From Methanocaldococcus jannaschii DSM 2661 (lineage in GTDB: Archaea > AGJL01 > Methanococci > Methanococcales > Methanocaldococcaceae), in assembly GCF_000091665.1 (NCBI RefSeq), contig NC_000909.1, positions 850,712 to 882,711 of the forward strand: 32,000 nucleotides of DNA, written 5' to 3'. The translations under genes and the position numbers were made by a program. Below are positions 7,634-16,757 of this stretch, one piece after another. The first letter of the stretch is position 1, and the number at the start of each line of letters is the position of its first letter. The notes under the pieces are model-generated. The model worked only from the letters and a program-made list of their open reading frames with translations, did not search any database and was not told the origin of the DNA.

Positions 7634-8060
7634 AGGGCAATCATTCACAACATAATATACTTCATCACTCTTAATATTTAAGCTTTTCTATACCATATTT
7701 TTCTAAGGGTAAATAACCATCTTACAATATAAACCTTTTAGTATTTAAAATTTTATCTCTTTACTAAAACTAAGCATTTTTATCTTTTTAAATTCAAAAA
7801 TTTAACTTGTCTGTTAGAGAAATCTTATTTAGATAATTATTTAATTTTTATTTTCAAAAATCTGAATAATTCAATAAACTTAAATATTCTAAATAATCAA
7901 ACCAGCAAACCCTTAGAAATTAAATAAAAATCCTTTGAACTAATTAATAACTTCTAAATGCTCTTATTTTCAAAATCCAAACATATTCAACAAGACAATC
8001 CATTAACCAAACAACAAAATTAAAAATCCTAAAACCCAAATAATAAATTATAAACAGACT
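7634..8060 (-). promoter_or_regulatory. putative CRISPR leader (AT-rich, noncoding)
   Basis: About 495 bp without ORFs lie next to the best-conserved repeat. A TATATTAT box on the minus strand (7652-7659) sits about 20-25 nt upstream of the first repeat. The far boundary is uncertain and overlaps the purB promoter region. Confidence 0.45.
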
Positions 8061-8164
8061 TCTATAAGTAATTTTCTGAAAATGCTTTTTTAAATAAACA
8101 TCAAACTATAAAAATCATTAGCAATTAATTGGAACTTAATCAAATAATAAAGTCAGGTGAAAAA

Positions 8165-9517
8165 ATGGCTGTGCATCCAATTGATTATAGATATGGAACA
8201 CCAGAGATGAGAAAAGTTTGGGAAGAAGAAAATAAATTGGAAAAAATGTTAAAGGTAGAGGCTGCATTAGCTAAAGCTCAGGCAGAACTCGGCTTAATTC
8301 CAAAAGAAGCCGCTGAAGAGATAAACAAAAAAGCATCAACAAAATATGTAAAATTGGAGAGAGTTAAAGAAATTGAGAAACAAACAAAACATGATGTTGT
8401 TGCAATGATTAGAGCTTTAGCTGAAGTATGTGAAGGAAATGCTGGAGAATACATACACTTCGGAGCTACATCAAACGATATTGTTGATACTGCCAACTCC
8501 CTACTAATAAAAGAATCCATTGAAATTATAGAAGATAAGTTAAAGCAGTTAAGAGATATATTATTAGACAAAGCAGAAGAGCATAAATACACTGTCTGTG
8601 TAGGAAGAACACATGGACAGCATGCAATTCCAACAACCTATGGGATGAGATTTGCTCTATGGGCGGCTGAGATTGACAGACACTTAGAGAGATTAAAAGA
8701 AGCAAAAAAGAGAATATGCGTCTCTATGATTACTGGAGCTGTTGGAACAATGGCGGCTATGGGAGAGAAGGGTTTGGAAGTGCATAAAAGAGTTGCTGAA
8801 ATCTTAGGCTTAGAACCAGTTTTAATCTCAAACCAAGTTATTCAGAGAGACAGACATGCTGAATTCGTCTTTTTATTAGCTTTAATTGCTCAGACATTAA
8901 ACAAGATTGGAGTTACTGTTAGAAGTATGCAGAGAACTGAAATTGGAGAGCTAGAAGAAGAGTTCGACCCTACAAAGCAAACTGGTTCATCAACAATGCC
9001 TCACAAGAGAAATCCAATAACCTTTGAGCAAATCTGCGGTTTATCAAGGGTTATAAAATCACTATGTATAGCTGAAATGGACAATATCCCATTATGGGAA
9101 GAGAGGGATTTAACAAACTCATCAGCTGAGAGATGTATATTTGCAGAGGTTTGCGTTTTAACAGACCACATCTTAACATTAGCAATTAAAGGAGTTAAAA
9201 AGCTAAAAGTAAATAAAGAAAATGTTGAGAGAAACTTAGAATTAACAAAAGGACTGATAATGGCTGAGAGAATAATGATTGAATTGGCTAAGAGAGGTAT
9301 GGGCAGACAAACAGCTCATGAAATAGTAAGGCAGTGTGCAATGAAAGCCTATGAAGAGAAAAGGCATTTAAAAGATATTTTATTAGAAAATGAGGAAGTT
9401 ATGAAGTATATAACAAAAGAAGAGTTAGAGGAATTGATGAATCCTAAAACTTACATAGGTTTAGCTCCACAGATAGTTGATGAAGTTATTAAAACTCTAA
9501 AGAATAAAAAGTACTAA
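8165..9517 (+). CDS. purB: adenylosuccinate lyase
   Basis: Fumarate-lyase signature GSSTMPHKRNP and the N-terminal HPIDYRYGTPEM typical of PurB. I place the start at the ATG at 8165 (AGGTGA 5 nt upstream) rather than the TTG at 8129. Confidence 0.95.
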   Translation: MAVHPIDYRYGTPEMRKVWEEENKLEKMLKVEAALAKAQAELGLIPKEAAEEINKKASTKYVKLERVKEIEKQTKHDVVAMIRALAEVCEGNAGEYIHFGATSNDIVDTANSLLIKESIEIIEDKLKQLRDILLDKAEEHKYTVCVGRTHGQHAIPTTYGMRFALWAAEIDRHLERLKEAKKRICVSMITGAVGTMAAMGEKGLEVHKRVAEILGLEPVLISNQVIQRDRHAEFVFLLALIAQTLNKIGVTVRSMQRTEIGELEEEFDPTKQTGSSTMPHKRNPITFEQICGLSRVIKSLCIAEMDNIPLWEERDLTNSSAERCIFAEVCVLTDHILTLAIKGVKKLKVNKENVERNLELTKGLIMAERIMIELAKRGMGRQTAHEIVRQCAMKAYEEKRHLKDILLENEEVMKYITKEELEELMNPKTYIGLAPQIVDEVIKTLKNKKY

Positions 9518-9580
9518 AAATAATGGCTTATCCTATTTTTTCTATTTTTAACTTCTATATTTTCAGTTTTGGTGATTTTT

Positions 9581-10222
9581 ATGGATTTTATGGGAGCAAT
9601 ATCAAAAGATGGATTAAATATAGCAAATAAATCAAGGGAAATCGTTAGAAATAAAATAAAAGAGGTTTTAGGAGACAGAATAAATGAATTCAACGAAAAA
9701 GAAATGGGAATTATTGAAAGAGTAGTTCATGCTACAGCAGACCCTGAGTATGCCAAACTTTTAGTGTTTAAAAATAACCCAATAGAGGAAGGAATTAAAG
9801 CTATAAAGGAAGAAAAACCAATAATAGTTGATGTAAATATGATTAAAGCTGGGATTAGATATAATAAAGTACATTGTTTTATAAATCATCCAGATGTCTA
9901 TGAAGTTGCTAAAAAAGAGGGGATAACAAGAGCAGTAGCTTCAATGAGATTGGCTAAGGATTTGATAGATGATGGAATTGTAGTTATCGGAAACTCCCCA
10001 ACTGCATTGTTTGAGGTTATAAGATTAGTTAAAGAAGAAAATATAAAACCAAAATTAATTGTTGGAGTTCCAGTGGGGTTTGTTCAGGCATCAGAATCAA
10101 AAGAAGCACTTAGAGAGGTAAATGTTCCAAGTATATCAACCATAGGCCCAAAAGGAGGAACTCCAGTAGCTGTTGCCATAATTAACGGCATTATTGCCTA
10201 TGCAAAAAATGAAAAAGCTTAA
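9581..10222 (+). CDS. cbiC: cobalt-precorrin-8 methylmutase
   Basis: VVHATADPEY...GNSPTAL...VGVPVGFV motifs are characteristic of CbiC/CobH. The ATG at 9581 is preceded by GGTGA. Confidence 0.85.
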   Translation: MDFMGAISKDGLNIANKSREIVRNKIKEVLGDRINEFNEKEMGIIERVVHATADPEYAKLLVFKNNPIEEGIKAIKEEKPIIVDVNMIKAGIRYNKVHCFINHPDVYEVAKKEGITRAVASMRLAKDLIDDGIVVIGNSPTALFEVIRLVKEENIKPKLIVGVPVGFVQASESKEALREVNVPSISTIGPKGGTPVAVAIINGIIAYAKNEKA

Positions 10223-10232
10223 GGTGAGTAAA

Positions 10233-11354
10233 ATGGAAATATTAGTTAGATATGGAGAAATTGGATTAAAATCAGACCCAATTAGAAAAAACTTAGAGGA
10301 AATCTTAAGAAAAAACATTATAAAATTGCTTAGAAAATATGAGATTGATGCAGAGGTTAAAATTTTACATAGGAAATTGTTAGTCAAGATAAACACAAAA
10401 GATAAAGAAGATTTAGCTCTAAAGTTATTAAAAAAAGTTGCTGGTATTGTTTCCTACAGTCCAGTTTATGAGTGTCCATTGGATATCAACGAAATTGTAA
10501 GTTTTGCAGTTCAAATTATGAAGAAGAAATTAAAAACTCTAAATAAAGAAAAAGTAACTTTTGCAGTTAAAACAAAAAGGAGCTATAAAAAATTCCCATT
10601 CACATCAGTTGAAGTAAATAAAAAAGTTGGGGAAGCTATAGTTGAAAAGCTCGGATTAGAAGTTGATTTAGAAAATCCAGATATTGTTTTGGGAATAGAG
10701 ATTTTAAATGATGGAGCATATATTTTCACAGAAAAATATGAAGGAATTGGAGGATTACCAGCAGGAAGCCAGGGGAAAGTTCTCTGCTTAATATCTGATG
10801 GAATAGATAGCCCTGTAGCTGCATTTATGATGATTAGAAGAGGTTGTAGAGCTGTTTTGTTACATTTAAAGATGAGTGAAGAAGCATTAAATAAAGTTAG
10901 AAAGATTGTTGAGGTTTTAAGTGACTATGATACCGAATTGGAGTTTGTTGTCTATGATTACAAAAAAGATATTGAGGATATTGTAGAAAAACTTAAAAGT
11001 ATTAAAAAAGAGAATTATACATGCATATTCTGTAAAAGAAAAATGCTAAAAGTCGCTGAAAAATATGCAAAATATTTAGATTGTGATGCTATTGTTACAG
11101 GAGATAACTTGGGGCAGGTAGCTTCCCAAACATTAAAGAACTTGAGAGTCATAAGTGAAAATATAAATTATCCAATTTTAAGGCCTTTAATTGGTTTAGA
11201 TAAGAATGATATTGTGAAAATAGCTAAAGAGATTGGAACTTATGAAATATCTACTGAAAAAGAAATAAAATGTCCGTATCTTCCAAAACATCCAAAAACC
11301 ATTGCTAAACCAGAAGAAGTCAAAAAAATAAAGGAAAAAGTCAAACTTGTATAA
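10233..11354 (+). CDS. thiI: tRNA 4-thiouridine synthase / thiamine biosynthesis protein ThiI
   Basis: N-terminal YGEIGLKS (ferredoxin-like/THUMP region) and a PP-loop LISDGIDSPVAA. The ATG at 10233 is preceded by GGTGA. Confidence 0.9.
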   Translation: MEILVRYGEIGLKSDPIRKNLEEILRKNIIKLLRKYEIDAEVKILHRKLLVKINTKDKEDLALKLLKKVAGIVSYSPVYECPLDINEIVSFAVQIMKKKLKTLNKEKVTFAVKTKRSYKKFPFTSVEVNKKVGEAIVEKLGLEVDLENPDIVLGIEILNDGAYIFTEKYEGIGGLPAGSQGKVLCLISDGIDSPVAAFMMIRRGCRAVLLHLKMSEEALNKVRKIVEVLSDYDTELEFVVYDYKKDIEDIVEKLKSIKKENYTCIFCKRKMLKVAEKYAKYLDCDAIVTGDNLGQVASQTLKNLRVISENINYPILRPLIGLDKNDIVKIAKEIGTYEISTEKEIKCPYLPKHPKTIAKPEEVKKIKEKVKLV

Positions 11355-11432
11355 AGACATTTTATAAAAATTCCTATTTCCCAATATAAGGTTTTATTTT
11401 ATAAGATAAACTATCATAAACACTAAATCTAA

Positions 11433-11449
11433 ACCGAAAATTTTAAATA
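11433..11449 (+). promoter_or_regulatory. BRE/TATA promoter of the histone gene (ACCGAAAATTTTAAATA)
   Basis: It shares the ACCGAAAA-T-rich-TATA architecture with the three stable-RNA promoters in this window. It lies about 47 nt upstream of the ATG. Confidence 0.55.
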
Positions 11450-11495
11450 CCCTATTTTAATAAAAGAATCCTTGTAAAACTTCTGAGGTGGTATT

Positions 11496-11699
11496 ATGGC
11501 TGAGCTTCCAGTTGCACCATTTGAAAGAATCTTGAAAAAAGCAGGTGCTGAGAGAGTTAGCAGAGCAGCTGCAGAATACTTGGCTGAAGCAGTTGAAGAG
11601 ATTGCATTAGAGATTGCAAAAGAAGCAGTTGAATTAGCTAAGCACGCAAAAAGAAAAACAGTAAAAGTCGAAGACATAAAATTAGCATTAAAACAATAA
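11496..11699 (+). CDS. archaeal histone (HMf family)
   Basis: 67 aa: [67 protein letters not shown], a canonical histone fold. GAGGTGG RBS. Confidence 0.97.
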   Translation: MAELPVAPFERILKKAGAERVSRAAAEYLAEAVEEIALEIAKEAVELAKHAKRKTVKVEDIKLALKQ

Positions 11700-11878
11700 A
11701 TTAATGAATTTTTTAAATTTTTATTTTTTTGTTTATTTTTATTCTTGCATGAAAATTTAATGTTGGTTTTTCGTATAGCTTTTTGTTATTATTAATTTTG
11801 GGGAAAGTTATCAGTATAGGCTCTCAAAGTTATTAAAATTAATTTAAAAAATAAAAATACCATATAATAGCTTATTAA

Positions 11879-11950
11879 GCCCTGGTGGTGTAGAGGATAT
11901 CACGGGGGACTTCGGATCCCCAAACCCGGGTTCAAATCCCGGCCAGGGCC
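11879..11950 (+). tRNA. tRNA-Arg (anticodon UCG), no encoded CCA
   Basis: Manual cloverleaf: acceptor GCCCTGG/CCAGGGC, anticodon stem GGGGA/TCCCC, loop CTTCGGA (U33, UCG, G37), T arm CCGGG-TTCAAAT-CCCGG. Confidence 0.75.
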
Positions 11951-11979
11951 TCATTTAATTTATATTGGAAGTTGATACA

Positions 11980-12681
11980 ATGGAAACCTTGATAAGATTA
12001 TTCGTATCTATCTTAATTATATGTGTATTGGCATTGATGATTAAAAAGAGTAGATGCTTAGATAATGAGGGAGTCATTGGATCATCTATTATGGGTTTTA
12101 TATTACTTTATTTCTGTGGATTTAAATATTTGATATTACTTCTATCTTTTTTTATTTTAGGGGTTTTGGTGAGTAGAGTCGGTTTAGAAAAAAAGAAAGC
12201 TAAAAAAATGGATGAAACTTGTAGAAGTTTAAAAAATGTATTAGCAAATGGTTTAATTCCAATATTATTTGCAATTTTAGCTATATTTGGATTCAACTGG
12301 GCTTTAATTGGATACATATCATCAATAGCTGCTGCTACATCAGATACTTTTTCTTCAGAACTTGGAATATTATCTAACGAAAAGCCGAGATTAATAACTA
12401 CCTTCGAAGTTGTTGAAAAAGGAACTGATGGAGCAATTACAATATTTGGTACATTAGCTGGAGTCTTAGGAGCGTTTTTAATAGGGTTGTTTGGATATTT
12501 ACTATTTGGTGATATTAAAATTGTTTTATGTGGCACAGCTGGTGGAATAGCTGGGAACTTAGCTGATAGCTTAGTTGGGGCATTATTTGAAAGAAAAGGA
12601 ATTTTAAATAATGAACACGTTAATTTAATAGCTACTATTGTTGGTGGAATAATTGGAGTTTTGATTTATTGTACTCTGTAG
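11980..12681 (+). CDS. DUF92/COG1836 (TMEM19/VTE6-like) integral membrane protein
   Basis: Multi-TM protein with Gly-rich conserved segments (SSELGILS..., GTDGAITIFGTLAG, GNLADSLVGA). The start is ambiguous (TTG at 11965 or ATG at 11980). Confidence 0.7.
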   Translation: METLIRLFVSILIICVLALMIKKSRCLDNEGVIGSSIMGFILLYFCGFKYLILLLSFFILGVLVSRVGLEKKKAKKMDETCRSLKNVLANGLIPILFAILAIFGFNWALIGYISSIAAATSDTFSSELGILSNEKPRLITTFEVVEKGTDGAITIFGTLAGVLGAFLIGLFGYLLFGDIKIVLCGTAGGIAGNLADSLVGALFERKGILNNEHVNLIATIVGGIIGVLIYCTL

Positions 12682-12718
12682 GGGTTAAAATACATCAAAA
12701 TAACTAAATGATTTAATC

Positions 12719-12737
12719 ACCGAAAAGTTTATATATA
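12719..12737 (+). promoter_or_regulatory. stable-RNA BRE/TATA promoter (ACCGAAAAGTTTATATATA) for the tRNA-Thr/Pro/Tyr unit
   Basis: Near-identical motif at 13041-13059 and, on the minus strand, at 23091-23107. It lies about 31 nt upstream of the tRNA-Thr 5' end. Confidence 0.7.
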
Positions 12738-12767
12738 ACATCTGTAATTTACTAATACTGCAAACGA

Positions 12768-12844
12768 GCCTCGGTGGCTCAGCCTGGTAGAGCGCCTGAC
12801 TTGTAATCAGGTGGTCGGGGGTTCAAATCCCCCCCGGGGCTCCA
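12768..12844 (+). tRNA. tRNA-Thr (UGU), CCA encoded
   Basis: Acceptor GCCTCGG/CCGGGGC, anticodon arm CCTGA-CTTGTAA-TCAGG, T arm GGGGG-TTCAAAT-CCCCC. Confidence 0.92.
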
Positions 12845-12858
12845 TTCTCTTCTTCAGT

Positions 12859-12936
12859 GGGCCTGTGGGGTAGCCTGGTCTATCCTTTGGGATTTGGGAT
12901 CCTGAGACCCCAGTTCAAATCTGGGCAGGCCCACCA
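12859..12936 (+). tRNA. tRNA-Pro (UGG), CCA encoded
   Basis: Acceptor GGGCCTG/CAGGCCC, anticodon loop TTTGGGA (UGG, G37), T arm CCCAG-TTCAAAT-CTGGG. Confidence 0.88.
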
Positions 12937-12944
12937 CTTCGTGT

Positions 12945-13021
12945 CCGGCGGTAGTTCAGCCTGGTAGAACGGCGGACTGTAGATCCGCATGTCGCTGGTT
13001 CAAATCCGGCCCGCCGGACCA
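12945..13021 (+). tRNA. tRNA-Tyr (GUA), CCA encoded
   Basis: CCGGCGGTAGTTCAGCCTGGTAGAACGGCGGACTGTAGATCCGCATGTCGCTGGTTCAAATCCGGCCCGCCGGACCA has the C1:G72 pair. It matches my memory of the M. jannaschii tRNA-Tyr used for genetic code expansion. Confidence 0.97.
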
Positions 13022-13040
13022 TCTCCCATTTATGGGGAGA

Positions 13041-13059
13041 ACCGAAAAGTATATATATG
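13041..13059 (+). promoter_or_regulatory. stable-RNA BRE/TATA promoter (ACCGAAAAGTATATATATG) for the tRNA-Lys/5S/(tRNA-Asp) unit
   Basis: Same motif as 12719-12737. It is preceded by the hairpin TCTCCC-ATTTAT-GGGAGA (stems 13023-13028 and 13035-13040). Confidence 0.7.
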
Positions 13060-13101
13060 AGAAATGCGATATGTTTGAAACGCGCACGAGCTAAGGGCTG
13101 A

Positions 13102-13178
<77 letters not shown>

Positions 13179-13188
13179 CTATTTCCTT

Positions 13189-13308
13189 TGGTACGGCGGT
13201 CATAGCGGGGGGGCCACACCCGAACCCATCCCGAACTCGGAAGTTAAGCCCCCCAGCGATGCCCCGAGTACTGCCATCTGGCGGGAAAGGGGCGACGCCG
13301 CCGGCCAC
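13189..13308 (+). rRNA. 5S ribosomal RNA
   Basis: A GC-rich 120-nt segment with conserved 5S blocks (CCCATCCCGAACTCGGAAGTTAAGC, GAGTACTG). Its terminal segments are complementary and it is followed by an oligo-T tract. Ends are accurate to a few nt. Confidence 0.92.
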
Positions 13309-13352
13309 TTTTTATTATTTTAAATTCTCAAGGTAATCCTTGGCATTACTAT

Positions 13353-13430
13353 GCCCTGGTGGTGTAGCCCGGCCTATCATACGGGACTGTCACTCCCGTG
13401 ACTCGGGTTCAAATCCCGGCCAGGGCGCCA
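13353..13430 (+). tRNA. tRNA-Asp (GUC), CCA encoded
   Basis: Acceptor GCCCTGG/CCAGGGC, anticodon arm CGGGA-CTGTCAC-TCCCG, T arm TCGGG-TTCAAAT-CCCGG. Confidence 0.92.
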
Positions 13431-13510
13431 TTTGCCGGGCTTCTTTTTATTTTAGAACAATTAATCGATAAATTTAAATATTTTTAAAATATCTTAAGTA
13501 AGTGAGGTTT

Positions 13511-14131
13511 ATGGAAGAAGAATTTTACAAAATTTTTAAAGGGGCAGGATTGATAAAAACCTTAATAAGAAGCATTTTTTTAACAAATAGGAATAAGTTT
13601 TCAAAACCTTCAAAAACTAAGCCTATACAATTAACTGAGTGCATTGGTTGTGGTTTATGTGTAGATGTATGCCCTACAAATGCAATAAAAATATTTAGCT
13701 TTAGAGAAACCATATGCTCTGTTTGTGGAACTTGTGTTGATGTATGCCCAAACAACGCAATAATAAAAGATAGATTTACCATAGATGCTGATAAATGCAC
13801 AAAATGTGGAGTTTGTGTTTTATTTTGTCCAATACCTATAATAAAAAAAGAAATTCCTAAGCCAAAAACACCCGTTATTTTAAAAGATAGATGTAACAGT
13901 TGTGGGTTGTGTGAATGTGAAGCTATCGATATAATAAATAAAGAAATTAACCCGGAGAAATGCAAGCTCTGCCTAAGTTGTATTGAAAAATGTCCATTAC
14001 AAGCTATTTTGACACCCGATGAATACATAAACTCCTTAATTGTTAAAGTAGATATAGACAGCTGTATATTTTGTAGGGAATGTGAAGAAATCTGTCCCAT
14101 AAGGGGAAATTATGAGCATAGAGAAAGCTAA
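13511..14131 (+). CDS. polyferredoxin (six 4Fe-4S binding motifs)
   Basis: Five CxxCxxCxxxCP motifs (CIGCGLCVDVCP, CSVCGTCVDVCP, CTKCGVCVLFCP, CKLCLSCIEKCP, CIFCRECEEICP) plus one degenerate (CNSCGLCEC). The start is ambiguous (GTG at 13502 or ATG at 13511). Confidence 0.9.
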   Translation: MEEEFYKIFKGAGLIKTLIRSIFLTNRNKFSKPSKTKPIQLTECIGCGLCVDVCPTNAIKIFSFRETICSVCGTCVDVCPNNAIIKDRFTIDADKCTKCGVCVLFCPIPIIKKEIPKPKTPVILKDRCNSCGLCECEAIDIINKEINPEKCKLCLSCIEKCPLQAILTPDEYINSLIVKVDIDSCIFCRECEEICPIRGNYEHRES

Positions 14132-14738
14132 AGAAGATTTTAAATATTTGATAAATAGGGGCTATAAAAAGGATGTTGCTTTAAATTTTGTAGCAAATCA
14201 TTATAAGTTAAGTAAAGAGGATAGGCTTAAAATTATTAGAACTACTCACAGCGATAAAGAAATTAAATTAACTAAAAGAAAGCTTAAAAAATTAAAAGAT
14301 TTTAAAGGAAAAACCATATACATAGATGGTTTTAATGTTCTTATTAGTTTAGAAGCTTTAATTAAAGGAAATAAAATTGTTTTATGTGATGACAATATTT
14401 ACAGAGATTTTGAAAACGTTTATGGTAAATACAAGATAAATGAATACAGTGACAAAGCCATATCTCTTTTATTGGAGATTCTTAAGCATTACAATATTAA
14501 AGCTGTTATTTATTTAGATGCACAAGTATCAAAAAGTGGAATATTGGCTAAAAAGATTAGAGAAAAAATGAAAGCTTTTAGTATTGAAGGAGAGGTTTTT
14601 TGTGTTAAAAATTGTGACTACGAGCTTAAAAATAAAGAAGTTGTTGCAACATCAGACAGTGTAATAATTAAAAGTGAAAATGTAAAGTATGTGGTTGATT
14701 TAATAGCTGAAGCAATTGAATATTTAAAAAAGAAATAA
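14112..14738 (+). CDS. uncharacterised protein with a YacP/Rae1-type NYN (PIN-like) nuclease domain
   Basis: 208 aa. IYIDGFNVL ... VIYLDAQ ... VVATSDSVI parallels the DG(Y/F)N, (F/L)DA and ATSD acidic motifs of YacP-type NYN domains (from memory). A helical N-domain of about 65 aa precedes it. GGGGA RBS. The gene overlaps the polyferredoxin gene by 20 nt. Confidence 0.55.
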   Translation: MSIEKAKEDFKYLINRGYKKDVALNFVANHYKLSKEDRLKIIRTTHSDKEIKLTKRKLKKLKDFKGKTIYIDGFNVLISLEALIKGNKIVLCDDNIYRDFENVYGKYKINEYSDKAISLLLEILKHYNIKAVIYLDAQVSKSGILAKKIREKMKAFSIEGEVFCVKNCDYELKNKEVVATSDSVIIKSENVKYVVDLIAEAIEYLKKK

Positions 14739-14832
14739 TATTTCTCTCATTAAAAAATTGTTATATAAGAGATAATGACATAGATAGTGTTATAAAATAT
14801 TCTCCATTATAAAATATCTTCGAGGCGATAGA

Positions 14833-15333
14833 ATGAAAATTGGGATAATGAGCGATACCCATGACCACTTACCCAATATTAGAAAAGCTATAGAGATTTT
14901 TAATGATGAAAATGTTGAGACTGTTATTCATTGTGGGGATTTTGTTAGTTTGTTTGTTATAAAAGAGTTTGAAAACTTAAACGCCAATATCATAGCCACT
15001 TATGGAAATAACGATGGGGAGAGATGCAAATTAAAGGAATGGTTGAAGGATATAAATGAAGAGAACATAATTGATGATTTTATATCAGTTGAAATTGATG
15101 ACCTAAAATTCTTTATAACACATGGGCATCATCAATCTGTTTTAGAGATGGCTATTAAATCTGGTTTGTATGATGTTGTTATTTATGGACATACACATGA
15201 GAGGGTTTTTGAGGAGGTTGATGATGTTTTAGTCATAAACCCAGGAGAATGTTGCGGTTACTTAACTGGCATTCCTACCATTGGGATATTAGACACTGAA
15301 AAGAAGGAGTATAGGGAGATAGTGTTAGAGTAA
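14833..15333 (+). CDS. YfcE/MJ0936-type calcineurin-like metallophosphoesterase (phosphodiesterase)
   Basis: Metallophosphoesterase motifs SDTHD, GDF, GNND, THGH and GHTH in order. 166 aa. Confidence 0.92.
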   Translation: MKIGIMSDTHDHLPNIRKAIEIFNDENVETVIHCGDFVSLFVIKEFENLNANIIATYGNNDGERCKLKEWLKDINEENIIDDFISVEIDDLKFFITHGHHQSVLEMAIKSGLYDVVIYGHTHERVFEEVDDVLVINPGECCGYLTGIPTIGILDTEKKEYREIVLE

Positions 15334-15396
15334 AAGATTTAAACCACTTTTTTACTTTTTTATTATTACATTAATCCAAAAGCAAAAGGTGAGATT

Positions 15397-16731
15397 ATGA
15401 AAATTTTATTGATTGGAGGAGGAGCAAGGGAGAGTGCAATAGCTCACGCTCTAAAAAAGAATGAAGAAGTAAAGCTCTACACATTAATGAAAAACAAAAA
15501 CCCAGGAATTGCAAGATTATCAGAAGAGATAAAGTTAGCTAAAGAGACTGATTTAGATGCGGTTAAAGAGTTTGCTGAAAAAGTTAAACCAGATTTGGCT
15601 GTTATAGGTCCAGAAGCTCCTTTAGGGGAAGGTGTTGTTGATTTGTTAGAGGAAATGGGAATTTCAGCAGTTGGTCCTAAAAAGTTAGCAGCACAAATAG
15701 AAACAAACAAAGAATTCATGAGAAATTTATTCAAAAAATACAATATAAAAGGTTCTTTAATGTATAAAGCTTTTGAAGAGTATGGGGAAGAGTTAGAAAG
15801 CTTTATTGATGAATTAACTGAGAAAGGTATTAAAGCAGTCGTTAAACCCGTTGGATTGACAGGAGGTAAAGGAGTTAAGGTAGTTGGAGAACAGCTAAAA
15901 GATAATGAAGAGGCAAAGAAATATGCTAAAGAGATTTTTGAAACTGGTTTAGGGGGAGGAAAGGTCTTAATTGAAGAAAAATTGGAAGGAGTTGAATTCA
16001 CCTTACACGGATTTGTTGATGGAGATACTATTAAATTTACACCATTTGTCCAAGACCACCCACATGCATTAGAGGGGGATGAAGGAAGTATAACAGGAGG
16101 TATGGGTTCTTACTCATGCCCAGACCATAAACTACCATTTATGACAGAAGAGGATGTTAAGTTAGCAAAAGAGATTATGGAAGAGACTGTTAAAGCATTA
16201 AAGGAGGAGGTTGGAGGTTACAAAGGAATTTTATATGGACAGTTTATGCTAACAAAAGAGGGGCCGAAAATTATTGAATACAATGCAAGATTTGGAGACC
16301 CTGAAGCAATGAACTTATTAGCTATATTAAAGAATGATTTCTTAGAGGTTTGTGAGGCAATAGTAAATAAAAAACTTAAAGATATTGACGTTGAGTTTGA
16401 AAACAAAGCTACTGTTTGTAAGTATGTTGTTCCAAAGGGATATCCTGATAACCCAGTTAGGGGAGAGCCAATAACTGTTGATGAAGAAGCAATTAAGAAA
16501 ACTGGAGCTATATTGCATTATGCTTCAGTTAATGAGGATAATGGGTCTTTATATATGACTGGTTCAAGGGCTGTTGCTGTGGTTGGAGTTGCTGATACAA
16601 TTGAAGAAGCTGAGAGAATTGCTGAGGAGGCAACTAAATATATTAAAGGAGAAGTATATCACAGAAGTGATATTGGTAAAAAAGAGTTAATTAAAAAGAG
16701 AATAGAGAAGATGAACGAATTAAGAAGATAA
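15397..16731 (+). CDS. purD: phosphoribosylamine-glycine ligase
   Basis: N-terminal [10 protein letters not shown], an ATP-grasp core and the [10 protein letters not shown] motif. GGTGA RBS. Confidence 0.95.
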   Translation: MKILLIGGGARESAIAHALKKNEEVKLYTLMKNKNPGIARLSEEIKLAKETDLDAVKEFAEKVKPDLAVIGPEAPLGEGVVDLLEEMGISAVGPKKLAAQIETNKEFMRNLFKKYNIKGSLMYKAFEEYGEELESFIDELTEKGIKAVVKPVGLTGGKGVKVVGEQLKDNEEAKKYAKEIFETGLGGGKVLIEEKLEGVEFTLHGFVDGDTIKFTPFVQDHPHALEGDEGSITGGMGSYSCPDHKLPFMTEEDVKLAKEIMEETVKALKEEVGGYKGILYGQFMLTKEGPKIIEYNARFGDPEAMNLLAILKNDFLEVCEAIVNKKLKDIDVEFENKATVCKYVVPKGYPDNPVRGEPITVDEEAIKKTGAILHYASVNEDNGSLYMTGSRAVAVVGVADTIEEAERIAEEATKYIKGEVYHRSDIGKKELIKKRIEKMNELRR

Positions 16732-16757
16732 AATTTAATTAAATTTTAAAACCTTTT

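Noticed and set aside
13525-14100. 191-aa minus-strand ORF antisense to the polyferredoxin gene
   Set aside because: The plus-strand frame has six ferredoxin Cys motifs. The antisense frame has none and lacks an RBS. It is a shadow ORF.
14790-14817. Direct repeat TTATAAAATAT x2 (14790-14800 and 14807-14817) upstream of the phosphodiesterase gene
   Set aside because: It is probably just a duplicated TATA-like box in AT-rich promoter DNA. It is too short and low-complexity to support a specific regulatory claim.
15477-16001. 174-aa ORF antisense to purD, and similar ORFs at 8278-8592, 10136-10396, 11196-11384, 11429-11677, 12108-12536, 16218-16406, 17059-17274, 17967-18203, 20171-20482, 22202-22426, 26983-27321, 28423-28635, 29790-30005 and 31081-31278
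   Set aside because: All are fully nested in, or opposite to, genes with strong family signatures. They are compositionally biased shadow ORFs.
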